A DNA stretch of 62,993 bases, filler included, from Vannella sp. (taxonomy: Eukaryota), in assembly GCA_023345925.1 (NCBI GenBank). It is 7 parts of 7 records of this genome, joined end to end, with 100 filler letters (N's around TTAATTAATTAA, not from the genome) between each part and the next. Parts side by side here need not be neighbours in the genome. Positions count along the whole stretch, not along the records: positions 1 to 12,028 come from JAJQQN010000690.1; positions 12,129 to 17,271 come from JAJQQN010000994.1; 5 more parts are not named here. One strand, given 5' to 3'. A program made the position numbers and the translations under genes. Within the stretch, counting starts at the first letter, position 1, and every line of letters begins with the position of its first letter. The notes below the pieces were generated by a model. The model saw only the letters and a list, made by a program, of their open reading frames with translations, was not told the origin of the DNA and did not search any database. Positions 1-12,681 of the stretch are shown here, one piece after another.

Positions 1-28
1 TTCTCTTCTTTCCAGAAGAACCAATCTT

Positions 29-300
29 TGTCACGCTTTGGATATCCATAGCGAGGGGTTGGGAGGTCATTCAAACACTGAACGGGGCTCCATTGCTCTG
101 CTCCGAGGTCGTAGAAGTGCAGGTCGTTGACACAGTCACGGTTCTTCATCCCTCCAAACACATAGATACCCTCTGAGCAGATGGCAGACGCTTGGAACTT
201 GCGAACGAGAATATCGGGGCCATCGATATGGTGTCAATTGGTAGAGTTCAAGTCATAGCGGACAAACAGGTTCCCATCAGAGAGTAACTGGTCTTCTCTC
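29..300 (-). pseudogene. Decayed Kelch-repeat coding fragment
   Basis: The minus strand translates as ...FVRYDLNSTN*HHIDGPDILVRKFQASAICSEGIYVFGGMKNRDCVNDLHFYDLGAEQWSPV. This has the Kelch IYVFGG...YD...W pattern, a TGA (234-236) at the expected Trp position and an apparent frameshift before the expected P-R-Y-G motif. Confidence 0.55.
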
Positions 301-710
301 TTTCTTAGCTCTTTTTGAGCGTCGCAGGATCAAGGAGATGTTTGTAAGGCGGAACTGAAGATAGTAGGTGCGAAAGAAGTGACGTGCGAGAAGTTCTCAC
401 GATGATTGCCTGGATCTTGGCACAGAAGGAGAAGATACTCTCTCTTGCGACCATTATTACGCTCCACGAAGGGGTCCACTCGTCAGCAGTCCCCGGGTTA
501 GCTATAACATTATTGGAAAGCTTTTGGAGCAGGCGAGTGATGGCAATCAGGTTCTGGTGATCAAGACTGTCAACTCCCAAAAAAACTGCTCTCCCGCCCA
601 AAGTCCCACCACTTAGACAACCTACGCCTTTCCTGGTTTCAGCAAATATCAATTATTGTGGGAGAGTAATAATATGCGGTACAAATGAAATTTAAGGCCT
701 TCTTTGAGAA

Positions 711-2347
711 TTACAAGGAATTGAAAGGGATTGGATAGTCGGCCACAATGTGTATCAAAATTGCCAAAGCAGAGACACAGTCAGCAACTTCATCAGAATT
801 TAACTTATCAATTGTATCTGCATCAGAGTGATGATACCAAAAGTACTTGGACCCATCAGATAGTAACTCTGAGACAGGGACACCTGCCTCTCGCAAAAGA
901 TCCGTATCTGCTCCACCATCGCTGGTGACAATTTGCATTTGAGTTCTCCCGACCCCTTTCATCAGGTAAGTGACAATTTCATGAAGTAGTTGGCTCTGTC
1001 CAGGAGTTGCGTCGTCAGTTTTGGTAAAAGACGTTGGGTTGAAGACTCCCGAGTCGCTTTCAATAGCCAGTACATGCTGAGAAAGCTCCAGAGCAGAGAG
1101 GCTGGCGAAATAAGCTTTCTCTCCAGCACCTGTATTCTCCTCATCCACCCAGCCGATGACTCTGATTGTCCGTTTTGGAAACAATCCCAATTTCTGTAAT
1201 GTGTGCAACGCAAAATAACAAGCAACAATCCCTCCTCCGTCATCCATAGCGCCACTACCAACATCCCATGAATCAATATGTCCCCCAAGTAGAACTACTT
1301 GCTCAGGCCACTCCGTCCCATTAACCTGACCAATAACATTGTAGGATGACCCTAAGGGCCTGCTTGAATTGCAACTCAAAAAGAGTCTGACTTGAATGGT
1401 TACATTCGAGTCTTGGAAACGCTGAGAAGAGTTGAGATTAGCCAAAAACAAGAGAACAGTCTCACCTGGAACAGATCTGCACTTTCTAAAGTAATTGCAG
1501 CGTGTGGGATCCGCGGCACACCTCCAGTTTCGTTGTAGCGCATTGCTCCGGTGTGAGGTGTTTGCAAGGAATACGGTGTAATTGATCGAACCAGACTTGC
1601 CACAGCACCATAGCGTGCAGCAGCGATCGCCCCACGAGTTCGATACTGAACAGTTTGGCCATAAGTGGTAAAAGGAGCATTGAAAAGGACAATCTGTCCA
1701 GGCACTCGCTCCTTCAATCGGTCCAACTCTTTAAATGATTTAACAACGAGTAAGTTTGCAATAACACTTCCATCTGCCTCCCGTTGATGCTCAGGAAGAT
1801 CTAAAGTTCCGATGCTATTCCCAAGAGCCAAGATAGGATGGTCACCAACCCTTGATGGTTGTAAAAGCTGCAAACTCCCGCTGTTGCGCCTCCATGTGGG
1901 AGTGTTCGGAGCTTCTTGAAGAAGAACTTGGTCGAAAACCTCTGCCGCCTGCCACTGATCGCGCATCCACTCAATGGCATGATCCAATCGATCTGACCCA
2001 CACAGGCGAGCAGGGAACCGATCGGTGAAGACAGTCAAGAAAGAAAAGAACTCCTCAGCATGAGAAGCGGTCCAAAGAATGATCGCTTCGCTGGCAGCCT
2101 TGTACTCCTTCAAAGGGAGGACATTCTCATGCCCCGTATCCGCATCTCCTTTGTGCGAGAAAATAACAAGAGCAGCCACGCCGCCGACCAAGAGGAGGAA
2201 CAACATCACAGCAGAGAAAGATCCGATCGCCACGCGCCGCGATCGAGGGGACGGCAAAACTCCGCTTTGGCCAACAGAGAACTCCATCGATCTTGCGTGC
2301 GCCTGATCCTGCACATCACTCATCTCCTCCCCATCAAAGCTCTCCAT
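711..2347 (-). CDS. CPQ: Carboxypeptidase Q-like M28 metallopeptidase with PA domain and N-terminal transmembrane segment
   Basis: Motifs GGHIDSWDVGSGAMDDGGG, VDEENTG, ESDSG, YFWYHHSDADT and LVRSITPYSLQTPHTG. Two ORFs are joined by GT-AG intron 1422-1465 (ADLFQ|RFQDS). Confidence 0.9.
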
Positions 2348-2795
2348 GAATTGGCTTGGTTCGGTCAGGAGAGGATCCGAACGGCCTCGCGGAGAAGCAA
2401 AATGACCCAAAATCCAGAGAAAAGCTGTCTTGCACAGATATCATAATGACCATTGTGACTGATTGATTGATTCTAAATCTTCAAGAGGAGAAAAGGGCCT
2501 TCTTGCTGAGTCAAGGAAGGAGGACCGGAGTGAATGAGCCCGCTTTCTCGAGTCCAAAGAAGTCCTCCCGAAAGGAAGGCCATTACACTTTGCTGGATCT
2601 GTCTTGGTCATACCTCCTTGAAGGAGAGAGGAGCAAACGAAGACTTGCCTGGTGGAGCGGTAACACCGGACAGGAAGCACCAAGAAGGGGACCTTTTATC
2701 CCAAAAGAAAGAGAAGACAAGAGGGAAAGCAAAAAAGGAAGAACAAGCCAATCGAGAGCTGAAGAAGGCTTCATTATGTCTTGGGCCCGGCTGTG

Positions 2796-4913
2796 ATGCC
2801 CGATCGAGAGTCCTTCCTGCTCTGTCCAAGCTGTCGGACGTTCACTCGCTTACCTTTTCACCTCGGAGACTTCCATTCTCGGGCTAAAGAGACAGTGGAG
2901 TGCTTCCCTGTGGCCGAGAGTCTCCTGTTGGGGATGGTGGGGACAGACTGCGTCGCCCTCAGCCCCGAGAAGATGAAGTATATGATCGAGCTTTGTGTAT
3001 CTTCGCCTCACTCCCTTAAGAGCTTTGTTTGTTCCTTTTGGAAGGCTCATCAACACCCAACCCTTCGCCACTTTGCCTTTGTCCTCTCCAACTCGACTCT
3101 CTGCTATCCCTGGGAACACCCTCATCAAGCAGGAGAGAGCCATTCTTGGTGTGAGTGGCGAGAGATCTTCCCTCCTTTCGTCACTGGCCCGTCGAACGTT
3201 GAACTTGCTGCGACGTCTGGTTCCTTTTGGCTGCCTTCATTCATGAGGGAAGAACTAGTGAGGCTTGAAATCAAGAGAGAGGAGGACGCTGTGATCTTCC
3301 TAGCGGAGATGCGTGCCTTGCATGGGCTCAGCGCCCGCGCTGATGCGATCCCAACCATCCTCTCCTTCACCCAAAGCCCTCACTTTTCTCCCATTCGAGA
3401 AGGCCTTGCAACCGCAACTCACAATCACGTTCATTCGTTCGATCCACGTCGTTACCCCGACTGGCACGTCCCGGCCGTAGTCCACTTAAAAGGGGAAGAA
3501 GTTTCTCCCGCTGACCCGCCTTCCTACTTGGAGTATCGGACTTTGCCCCCACTTGCTTCCCTCTTTGAGCATTCATTGCAAACCCTCCTCACACAAGTAA
3601 CACCTTCTCTTCTTGGGTCTTGTTCGTCCTCCCCCCAAATGGAACCCCAGAAGCGCTTCCTTTCACAGATCAGTGCCTCTATGGCAGAAGAGATTCTTCA
3701 GTTTGCTCTCTCTCCAAAGCTGTCCCAATCCCAAATGGCAGAATGGGCGAAACAAGAGAACTCGATCAACCACTCCCTCGAACATCACTTCGTTGGTCCT
3801 CTCCTGCCTTTGGCGCCCCTTCTGGCAAAGATCAAGAGCCTCCGTTTACCTCTTTGTGAGCAGCGCGCACTTCACGAGAGTTGCGACACCGATCTCAATC
3901 ACCTTCTTTTTGCCTTGCTGGAAGCCGGTGCAGCCTTCGAGAAAGTGGACTTGACTGGCCACTATGAAGCTTCATCTTGGGGCTATTTACGCTCTTGGAC
4001 TATTTTCTCACTTTTGGATGGATGCCAAGAGGTATTGGAAGAGCTCAAATTCCCTTTTTGCGAACTTGGCGATTCAGCTTTCCTTCCCCAAGCTCTGCTT
4101 GAGAGCTCTCCACCGCATGAAACGGAGGCAAACTATCTCCATTCCTGTTGGCAGAAAGCCTGCTGGACTGCCTCAGAGACCAAAGAACTCTGCTGCCCCA
4201 AGGTGAACTTTTTAGATGTTGCCGGAAATCCTTCACTGACAGACAATTTTCTATCTGGACTGAAAACACTCTTTCCATCACTGAAACATCTTAACTTGAG
4301 CTACTGCGAGGGATTCAAATGGGAAATATCCCCAAACAGCCTCTTCGGTTTGCCAGGACTGACAACTCTTCATCTCCGTGGACTTTTTCAGATGAAAGTA
4401 GCCTCTTTTGGGTGGCTGGTTCATCAATTACCAAATCTACAGGACCTGGACTGCAGCCTTTCTCCTTGCTTTACAGACGAATGGACAAACCAAGTTTCGC
4501 TCAACTGCAAGCAACTCCGCCGCCTGATCCTTTCGGGATGCTTTCAACTTACTAATTCGTCCTTGGAAAGCGCTGCGCAGTTACCCCAACTTGAGATTTT
4601 AGACATCAAAGGATGTGATTTGGTGGACGACTTGACTCCACTTTGGAGTTGCTCTTCTCTCAAGAATCTGACAGCCTGGTGTCCTCGTGTGCGACGACTT
4701 CATTCCCTTCCTCCAGGAGATGTTTGTTACTTGCAGCGATTGGATCTCTCCTTCACGGGCATCCCTGTGAGGGAGTTGGATCTCCTTTTCAATTCTTCCC
4801 CCAAATTGAGGCTGGTGGTATTGTATTGTTGCCCAGATATTTGCCTCTCGCACCTTCACCAATGGGCCCAGCGCTTCCCATCCCTCACCCTATTTGCCGG
4901 ATCCTCAATGTAA
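2796..4913 (+). CDS. Leucine-rich-repeat protein (AMN1/FBXL-type LRRs in the C-terminal half)
   Basis: Single long ORF with repeated LxxLxLxxC motifs (LKHLNLSYC, LQDLDCSLS, LRRLILSGC, LEILDIKGC). The N-terminal half is not recognised. Confidence 0.8.
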   Translation: MPDRESFLLCPSCRTFTRLPFHLGDFHSRAKETVECFPVAESLLLGMVGTDCVALSPEKMKYMIELCVSSPHSLKSFVCSFWKAHQHPTLRHFAFVLSNSTLCYPWEHPHQAGESHSWCEWREIFPPFVTGPSNVELAATSGSFWLPSFMREELVRLEIKREEDAVIFLAEMRALHGLSARADAIPTILSFTQSPHFSPIREGLATATHNHVHSFDPRRYPDWHVPAVVHLKGEEVSPADPPSYLEYRTLPPLASLFEHSLQTLLTQVTPSLLGSCSSSPQMEPQKRFLSQISASMAEEILQFALSPKLSQSQMAEWAKQENSINHSLEHHFVGPLLPLAPLLAKIKSLRLPLCEQRALHESCDTDLNHLLFALLEAGAAFEKVDLTGHYEASSWGYLRSWTIFSLLDGCQEVLEELKFPFCELGDSAFLPQALLESSPPHETEANYLHSCWQKACWTASETKELCCPKVNFLDVAGNPSLTDNFLSGLKTLFPSLKHLNLSYCEGFKWEISPNSLFGLPGLTTLHLRGLFQMKVASFGWLVHQLPNLQDLDCSLSPCFTDEWTNQVSLNCKQLRRLILSGCFQLTNSSLESAAQLPQLEILDIKGCDLVDDLTPLWSCSSLKNLTAWCPRVRRLHSLPPGDVCYLQRLDLSFTGIPVRELDLLFNSSPKLRLVVLYCCPDICLSHLHQWAQRFPSLTLFAGSSM

Positions 4914-4972
4914 GCCTATCACGTGAGATAAATGCGACCTTTATTTAGGAATAGTGAAGGCGGGGCAGTGAG

Positions 4973-7900
4973 TTAGTTATTGAACTTTTCGAAACGGTCG
5001 TGGAACTCTTTGTAAAGAACCTCAAAGAGCTGCACAGACCTCTTGAGACGATCGTCTCCCTTTCTTGGGATGGCCACCAGATAAGACTTGAGTTTCTCCA
5101 AGAGTTCATCCCAATCATGGATGAGCCCCCAAGCGTTCGACTCCTTGAAGCCGTTCTCCTGCACCAACAACTTGCGATTTCCGTGTTTAAGGTAGTCCCA
5201 TGCATATGCATTCAAGTGCATGTCCCTCCCACGAACATCTTGGAGTGTCTGAACAGGAATCTGATCTAGTTCGATAGGAAGTGACAAGTTGCAGGTGTCT
5301 GCGAGCTCTTGTCCGGTGAAGAATTCATCAGAATGTCCTGACATACCGACGAAAGGAGATCGGATAATGGTCTTGCGAGCCTGATTGCGAAGAAGGCCAA
5401 GGAAAGAGTCATCAGGAGAAACAGTGTTCCCTTGCTCCACTGGTTTGACAGAGAATGGCAACAAGAACGACTGGGAAAGCTTTGTCTCTCGAATCTCATG
5501 AGCAGCCAAAACACACTTAACAAACTGAGCCAGAACCTGGCTATTGTAAGAAGATAATTGGGAAGCGTGTTGGGGTTTCAAGTCAGGCAGTACGATTAAG
5601 GAGTGCCCCTCAGCTCCGTCTTGGCGCATCAAGGAGGCCAAGTAAGGAGAAACTGGAATAGGGCGGAAGATGTGACAAAGTACCAGCAGCAAGTCAGCCA
5701 TTCGTTCTTGTTGATTCGACAAATCATTGGCAATGTCATCGATTGCACCAGCAAGGAAGAAGCAGGATACCAAAAGGTTCGACGGCTCCGTGTTGAATAG
5801 CTTCATCACTAACGAGGCAATGTGCGTTGGGAAAAGAGTGTTTTTCTCCAGCAAAGGCATACGAATGAGCAGGTCCATGTAGATGCGGAAAAGCCATCGT
5901 GTGTGATAGCGGCGCACTACCGCAACCTCCTCAGGCAGGTTGGTGGAATGAAGAGATGGAGAGAGCAAACCTCTGAGTCTCTCCGCAATCATTTTGCGCT
6001 CTGCTCCAACAGGAGTTTGGTAATAGCAGTTCAACAAACGCAGGGTCACTGTGGGGGTAATCGGCTGACCGCCCGTCAGGGTCGTCAGTTGTGCACAAAG
6101 CAACGAGAATACGCGGTACTGAGACAGCCCAAAGAAGACAATGTTACCATAATCGTCATATCCACGACGACCAGCACGACCGCTCATTTGTTGATAGGAC
6201 AGTGGAGTGAGTTCATGAGAATCTCCAGCAAAGACAACTGTCTTGCAAGGCATGTTGATACCAAGAGAAAGCGTTCCGGTCGAGATCACAACCTTCAAGT
6301 GGCCTGCACGGAAGAGCACCTCTACAGCAGTACGATAACTACTGGGAAGGGCAGCGTGATGGACTCCGATACCACGATCAAGACCAGATATTAGAACACG
6401 CATGAATTCAGAATCTGCCTTCAAACGATTCATCCAGAACTGGCGATCTTCGGCGTGAACTCCTTCTCCCTTTCGAAGGAATGAGAAGCGTTCATCCTTT
6501 CCAGGCATTTCCATTTCTCCAGCTTCCTCCTCTGTGGCGTCTGCAGCGTGCTTGGCTTCTTTTTCAACCTTGTCACGCGCTCTCTTGGACTTTTTCTGAG
6601 CTTGCTTCATACTCTTTTGGTACTCCTTCAGCCGTCGTTGGTAATCAGGCTTCTGAGTTTCCTGCTGCTCCATTTCCTCCAATCGAGAAACCAGATCAGT
6701 GATTAGCCGATTGCATCGATGGCGATCCAAGGAGAACACCAGAGCGGGCAAGCGCTCGTCATTGTGCAACTCCACCAACATGGCAAGGAAGTATTCGTAG
6801 CAAAACGCAGAAGAATGAGGATACTCTGCTCCAACAGCGTGGACTGTCCCACTGAGCTGATCGAGAACAGTGCAGATAGCTTTTTCCTTATCGCCAGAAG
6901 AACGGCTCCATGACATAATAAGTGCCTTAAGCTCCCGCTCGTACTCGAACACTTCATAGCGAAGAATGAGACCCTTGAAATACTTTTCTGGGTCAAGAGA
7001 AGCGATCTCTGATCGGAGATCGGGAGGTGTACTCGCGTTGAGAACGTTGAAGAGCTGATAGCACTCCTCTGGTGACATACGAAGATAGTTCAAGGAATCA
7101 CTATCTTGGAGAGACTGGATCGTCAGAGAAGCAACGGGGTGCAGGTGAGATATGGAGCTCTGAGAAGGTGCCTGTGTGGTCTCGCTGATGTCGAGAAGTT
7201 TTCTGTCGCCAAGATTGGGTGTGTAGACTTGAAGCTTCAAGTCAGCCCACCTGTATTGGTGGGTGACAACGCGCACCTCGCGGCCATAGCGCTGCTGAGA
7301 GAATGCCAACCAATTGCGGAAGTTCACAGGATTTCCAATAGTTGCTGAAAGGGCCAAGAACGGGCATGGTAGCAAGTTAATCACGTGTTCCCACACAATA
7401 GCTCCACCCTCATCCATGCTTTGCTCTCCCGTACCGAACTCTTGGATACAATGAATCTCATCAAGGATACAATAAGCAATCTTGTGGCTGTTCCACTTGG
7501 GATCGAGTAACAGCTCCTCGAGACACTGAGGGACAGTAACTAAAATTTGGCACGATTCGGTCGACTGCTGGTAAGAAGCTGTCAGGATGCCCACAATAGC
7601 TCCATAGTGAGCGTAAACCTCGGCAGCCACTTGTCGCACCAAAGCATTTGTGGGCGCAATGTAGACGACCAACTGAGCTTTGCTGGCGTACTTTGCTTTC
7701 TTGTTTGCTTCAATGACTTGTTTCATTGTGTAATAGGAAATAAATGTCTTTCCTGATGAAGTGGGGGCGACTACCAAAGCAGATTGCTTTGAATCTACCA
7801 CATCGAGCAACTCTCGTTGCCAAGCGTCGGGTTGGAACCCAACAACTCGATCATCCTTTTTGGAATCAAAGGAGCGTTGCATTAGATGCCCGCAATGAAG

Positions 7901-10438
7901 CATTTGGAAAGAAGCAAAGGACATACCCAGCTGCATTGCCTTTTCCAAGGCGGTGAGCTTTCTGGGCTTGAAGCGCGCCTCCTTCTCAGCTGATGGCATC
8001 TTGAGGACGTAAAAGTCGTAGATCTCCTTTGCTGCCTCACCCAGGCCAAGGATGTAGAAGATCTGTTGAATACGGCGGATATCTGCAGCAGACAGATTCT
8101 CAGTGTAGAGTTGAACTGTGTCAAAGGATAATCGGAAGGTCTGAATGGCTCCCTCATAGTTGCGGGCAGATGCCCCCAACTCTATCTCCTCAAAGTCATC
8201 CAAATCTTCCTCGTCGTCCACAACCACAACCTCCTCGCGCCATTGGATGAGTGACCATTCGATCAATTGCATGTATCCAGCAATCATTGCACTACTCGCT
8301 GTCTTGGATCGAAGATCCTTGAGCCGTTTGCTCAACGAGATGACGCGATCCCTTGTCTTCTCCTCCTCCATGGCAAAGGTGATTGCAGCACTGACCACGT
8401 CCCGATCTCCCTGAAGAAGTCGCTCGCTGTTCTTTGCAAGAATCTGCTCCTTGCGATTGATGTGCCCTTTCTTGCCTTTGCCTCCTTTGCCTCCTTGGGC
8501 TACAACAGGGGCAGCTGCCTTGGTGTTTTTTGCAGCAGCTTTGCCACCTTTTGCACCTTTAGCTGTCTTGGATGAGGTTTCTGGGGCTGAAACCTCTTCT
8601 ACCTTCAACTCAGCCTGGAGACTTTTAAGGGTAATCGCATCTGAACGAGCCGATACCACGTGGTGAACCGCCTTGCCCTTCATGGTAAGAGACTCTGAGA
8701 CCTTTTCAGTGAAGTTGTAGTACTTTTGTCTCTGTTTTTTGATCCAATTGCGTTCCCTCTTCGTTAAACGCTTCTCTGCGGGGAGTTGGTCTTCTGGAGA
8801 AGGCTCCGGAGTATCGCAATGGTAGTAGGGCAGAGCCTCCAGGCCCTTGTTCAGCACGAAGGTGTCGTACTTTTCAGTCAACAATTTGTGTTCCTCCACC
8901 TTGCTCTCAATATCACCCAGCTCCATTCCTTCGATAAACTCTTCAGGTACCGCAACCAATTGAGGTTTTTCAACCTCCTTGTTCTTCAGGCACAAACGCA
9001 GTGCCTCTTGGTGCGAAATAACTCGACTGGTATCTGCTTTGAGCTGGAGAGGATAGAATGAACTGCTGGTGCTCTCTGCTAAAGCAGTCACACCAGACCA
9101 TAGAGTATCAACGATGGCCTGAGTCGCATCATCAAAGCCACTGGAGGACTGAGAAGGCAAAGAACCAGAGTGAGAAAGACAAAGCTGAGTGTAAAGAGAA
9201 TGGAATAGGCGACCATCGACCAAATCAGCAATGGCGGTGATTTCGTCCAATTGGAAGGAACTGTCACGATTTGACGCAAAGTGCTTCAAAGAAGCGCACA
9301 GCTCAATGGAAATGCGCTCAAAGAAACTTCGGATACGGTTCGCATCTTCCTCGGGAACATTACTCAGTTCGGTTGGTTGGAGACGATCAGTGAAAGGCAC
9401 TGCGTGGCTGGTAGCCAAGGTGAGAAGGAAGAGCTTGCACAGGTCCCCATAACTTTCTTCTGCTTTCAGTACACGTCCAAGAGCTACAGCGCCGATAAGA
9501 GATGCCAAAGAGGTCTGATCGAGCAGGGAGGTCTCCAAACCTCCCAGTGGCCCATGAGGTAGTGTTGCAGGAGCCAGAGACAATGATCCATTAAAGTCTT
9601 GGGAAGCAACATTCAGATCCTGGTGGAGGGACGTAAGGAAGCCTGTGGTGAAGGAAAGGCGCCGAGTTAACTCAAAGCTCCAAACTGAAGAGGTGATCCG
9701 GAAGTCAGAAGAGATAGCACGAACATGCTGTGCTAACATATCCAACAATAGAGCCTGTTGAACATCCTCATAGGCCAAGGAAGAGCCAGGCTGATCGCGG
9801 TGGGCCAAAGGTAGATCAAGAACGATGAAGGAGGGGTGCGTCTGCGTCACGTAATTACGCCAATCTTCATCCCACCAATTCGAGAGTTCCTTGACGCGAA
9901 GGGACTTCCCCTCCAGCGAAGAGCAAGCCTGGAGGTGTTGCTTGAGGATCTCCGCAGCGAGGCAACGAGCAGGGGAACTTTGACTGGAGTAGGAGAGCAC
10001 TTCAAAAAACACCACGACGATGTCCCACCCCCGGATCTCCAGCTTGTGTAAAAGGAGCTCCAAGCAGTAGAGCAAGTGGAGGTTCTGCCCTCCATGTGTC
10101 CAGTCCACCAGCGTGTTGTCCATGGCCATACCAAGAAGGGTGCGACCCTCGATAAGGACTGGTTGTTTGGTTTGGGGGATCACCTCGCTCCACTGAGAGC
10201 CAAAGACCTTTGGGAAGATCTCTCTCAAGAACTCCAAGTCGCTCGTACCTATTGGTCAACGATCATCAGTAAGATTCTTTGCAGCTCAAAGGTATCATGG
10301 TCACTCACCTTCCGCCTGTTGCAAAGTTGCCTCGTCCGATTCAACACCAAAGTCGTAAATGTCTCCCTCCAAGTCCGTATCTTCGATCTCATCGGTGGGA
10401 GCCTCGTCATCAACGTCATCTTTCTCTTCTTTTGCCAT
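4973..10438 (-). CDS. DDX60: DDX60-like Ski2-family DExD/H RNA helicase
   Basis: Motifs PDAWQRELLDVVD, APTSSGKT, DEIH, LSATIGNP, GIGVHHA and QMSGRAGRRG, plus the DDX60-type N-terminal GGQNLHLLY. The first exon (MAKEEKDD...) joins in frame through intron 10249-10308. Confidence 0.88.
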
Positions 10439-10601
10439 AGTGTCCAATCCAAGTGAGGTCAGCGCCTTCGAAGAGGACAAAAGAGAAGTGAAAGGGAAAC
10501 TAAGAAAAGGAATAGAATCGTTCAAATGCATCTCTTCGTGAAATGAAAGGAGGATTCTATTATTAATTCAAGAGATCAGCCATTCATTATCATTGTTGGT
10601 C

Positions 10602-10878
10602 ATGGCCGAGCACATCCAGCGTGACTGGGAAGACCGCTTGTTCACAGAGAACTTGACTACGCAGATCAAGCGCATCGTTGACTTCTTAAATAAGTTTGGT
10701 ACGTCACCTCTCCCTCTGCTACATGATGTAGTAATGTACTCTCTCAATAGATATCGCTGCTCGCGACAAACTCGCCAAGATTAACGAGAGGATCGTTGCC
10801 ATGGAGAGACAAGTGTCCTATCTTGAGGCAGTGAACTCAACCTTGATCACTTCAGACGCCTTTCAAGAGGACGAGTGA
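10602..10878 (+). CDS. BRK1: BRICK1/HSPC300 subunit of the SCAR/WAVE complex
   Basis: Spliced product MAEHIQRDWEDRLFTENLTTQIKRIVDFLNKF|DIAARDKLAKINERIVAMERQVSYLEA; intron 10699-10750. Confidence 0.92.
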
Positions 10879-11029
10879 GAAGGATAAAACGTTTCTATCA
10901 GCATCGTTCTCCTCTGGGCCTCTGACTCTCCCTCTCGCTTTGGAACCTTTAGAAGGTGTCCTTTAGGTCATCAGTTTACAGGAATCTTGTATTGTACAGG
11001 GAATGCCTCCAGGAGATGGTCGAAGCCGC

Positions 11030-12028
11030 TCACAAGGAAAGGGCGTCAGCATTGAAGATCATCGCCCCAAGAGACCACGATATGTTGTTGCCATAGTAGA
11101 AGAAAGAATCCGTAAAGAGCACCTGGTTCGAGTTCGGTGACAGCCCAAACCCCACCGTCAAGAGGAGATACGTGTAAATGCCATCAAAGCATTTGCCATT
11201 CAATTGGCGATCATCCTGTGTGTGCCTAAAGGTTGGATAGACCTTCTTAGGGTCCATCCCAATGCAAGAGAGGCTTGCCTCCCTCAATTCCCAAAGGAAA
11301 GGCTGCTCACTCAAACGGAAGAAGCGGACAATTCTCCGGAAGATGTTGATGCCGACGAACAGGTGTGGCCGAGCATCAGGTTGTTGAGTTTTGTGGAAAG
11401 AACAGTGCGGACCACCGCAGTCTTGATCGATAGTCTCCTCAAACATCAATTTCAATGCCACCAGACATTCGTCAGGTAATCCACTTCCTAAGAGGAGGCT
11501 TTAGTGATTGATATACGCTGGATTCCATTCAAATGGACCTTACCCTGAAATTCAACTGTTTGGTTTCTGGCCAAGCCAATTCTAGAAGTTCCCTTTAACA
11601 TGCAAGGGTTCTTCACTTGCAACACGCCACCCTCCGTGTGAATTCGAGCTCCATCATCGTAAGCAGCAGCTATCAGTTGATCCATAAACCGATCAGCTAT
11701 TGCATTATGGCCAAAGCCATCATATCCACGGGCATAGAGTTGAGTACTCATTCCCAGGTATCTGACATGACTGAGACCATCTCCCTTTGAGCTAAAGAGT
11801 TGAGTTCCAGTGCTGTTCCAGGATCCTTCTCTGAAGCTACGGTCTGGTTCGAAAGCAATCTCAACACTGGCGCCTCCAATATCGATGATGCCCAACGTGT
11901 GCGCTGGACTGTAAGGTAAAAGTTTGCCCTCACCAGCAAGTCCATTACTGGGGGAATGGAAATACTGAAAAGCTTGTCCGTAGTCTTGTTGAATGCGGAG
12001 GGTTTGCTGAACGGCCAGCCAATCGAAT
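11030..12028 (-). CDS. GDA1/CD39-family apyrase (NTPDase), 5'-truncated by the contig end
   Basis: ACR4 motif GIIDIGGASVEIAF, ACR5 motif ISWSLGAM and the end of ACR3 (FDWLAVQ). An intron at about 11488-11542 joins FQG|SGLPDEC. Confidence 0.85.
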
Positions 12029-12128
12029 NNNNNNNNNNNNNNNNNNNNNNNNNNNNNNNNNNNNNNNNNNNNTTAATTAATTAANNNNNNNNNNNNNNNN
12101 NNNNNNNNNNNNNNNNNNNNNNNNNNNN
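12029..12128. other. Artificial contig linker (44N-TTAATTAATTAA-44N)
   Basis: Identical 100-nt spacer with stops in all six frames; occurs six times in the window. Confidence 0.99.
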
Positions 12129-12408
12129 CAGTGATCTTGCAAGAAGAGCTGCCGGTCTCGAGGGTGATGTCAATGGTGCTGGAGGAGCTGGAAGAGTCCC
12201 ATTCTCCTTCTTGAATAAAGGAGCAAGAGCTGCTGCCAGAACCGGCAGAGGCGTAATACTTGAAGAAGTTGCTGTCCAAAGTACGGCCAAACTCGATGGC
12301 GTTGATGGATCCACCAGTGCAAGTGTAAGGACCTTCCAGGTCACAACCGCTTTGGGAAACGACTGCCGCAGCGAAGAAAGCGAGGGTCAGGACGATGCTG
12401 CACTTCAT
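12129..12408 (-). CDS. Secreted Ser/Cys-rich protein of unknown function, 3'-truncated
   Basis: Signal-peptide-like MKCSIVLTLAFFAAAVVSQ followed by a Cys/Ser/Gly-rich region; the frame is open to the contig end. Confidence 0.65.
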
Positions 12409-12570
12409 GGACGACGAAAAAGTGGCTTGAAATAAACTCTTCTGATTGGCCAATCTCAAATTGTTGTATCGCTCTGTTTGACAAGTAGACACGATGACAC
12501 AATAATATTCTTGTCAATGCAGAGAAACATGGTTCAGTACAGGGCTGGTTATTGCAACAAGGATTTGGGG

Positions 12571-12681
12571 GTGAGAAAATCCACGAGTGAAGGGGAAGAA
12601 GAACTCGTATTTGCGTAGCTTGCCCTGATGACCTCCATCTCTTCAGGATAAGCTTTTGGAGTGATTTCATTTCTTCACTTT
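12571..12681 (-). repeat. Dispersed copy of the repeat unit at 44159-44355
   Basis: The reverse complement AAAGTGAAGAAATGAAATCACTCCAAAAGCTTATCCTGAAGAGATGGAGGTCATCAGG...CCCCTTCACTCGTGGATTTTCTCAC matches both units at 44159-44355. Confidence 0.9.

Noticed and set aside
234..236. UGA=Trp alternative genetic code
   Set aside because: TGA terminates clear genes in the window, conserved Trp residues use TGG, and the fragment also has a frameshift.
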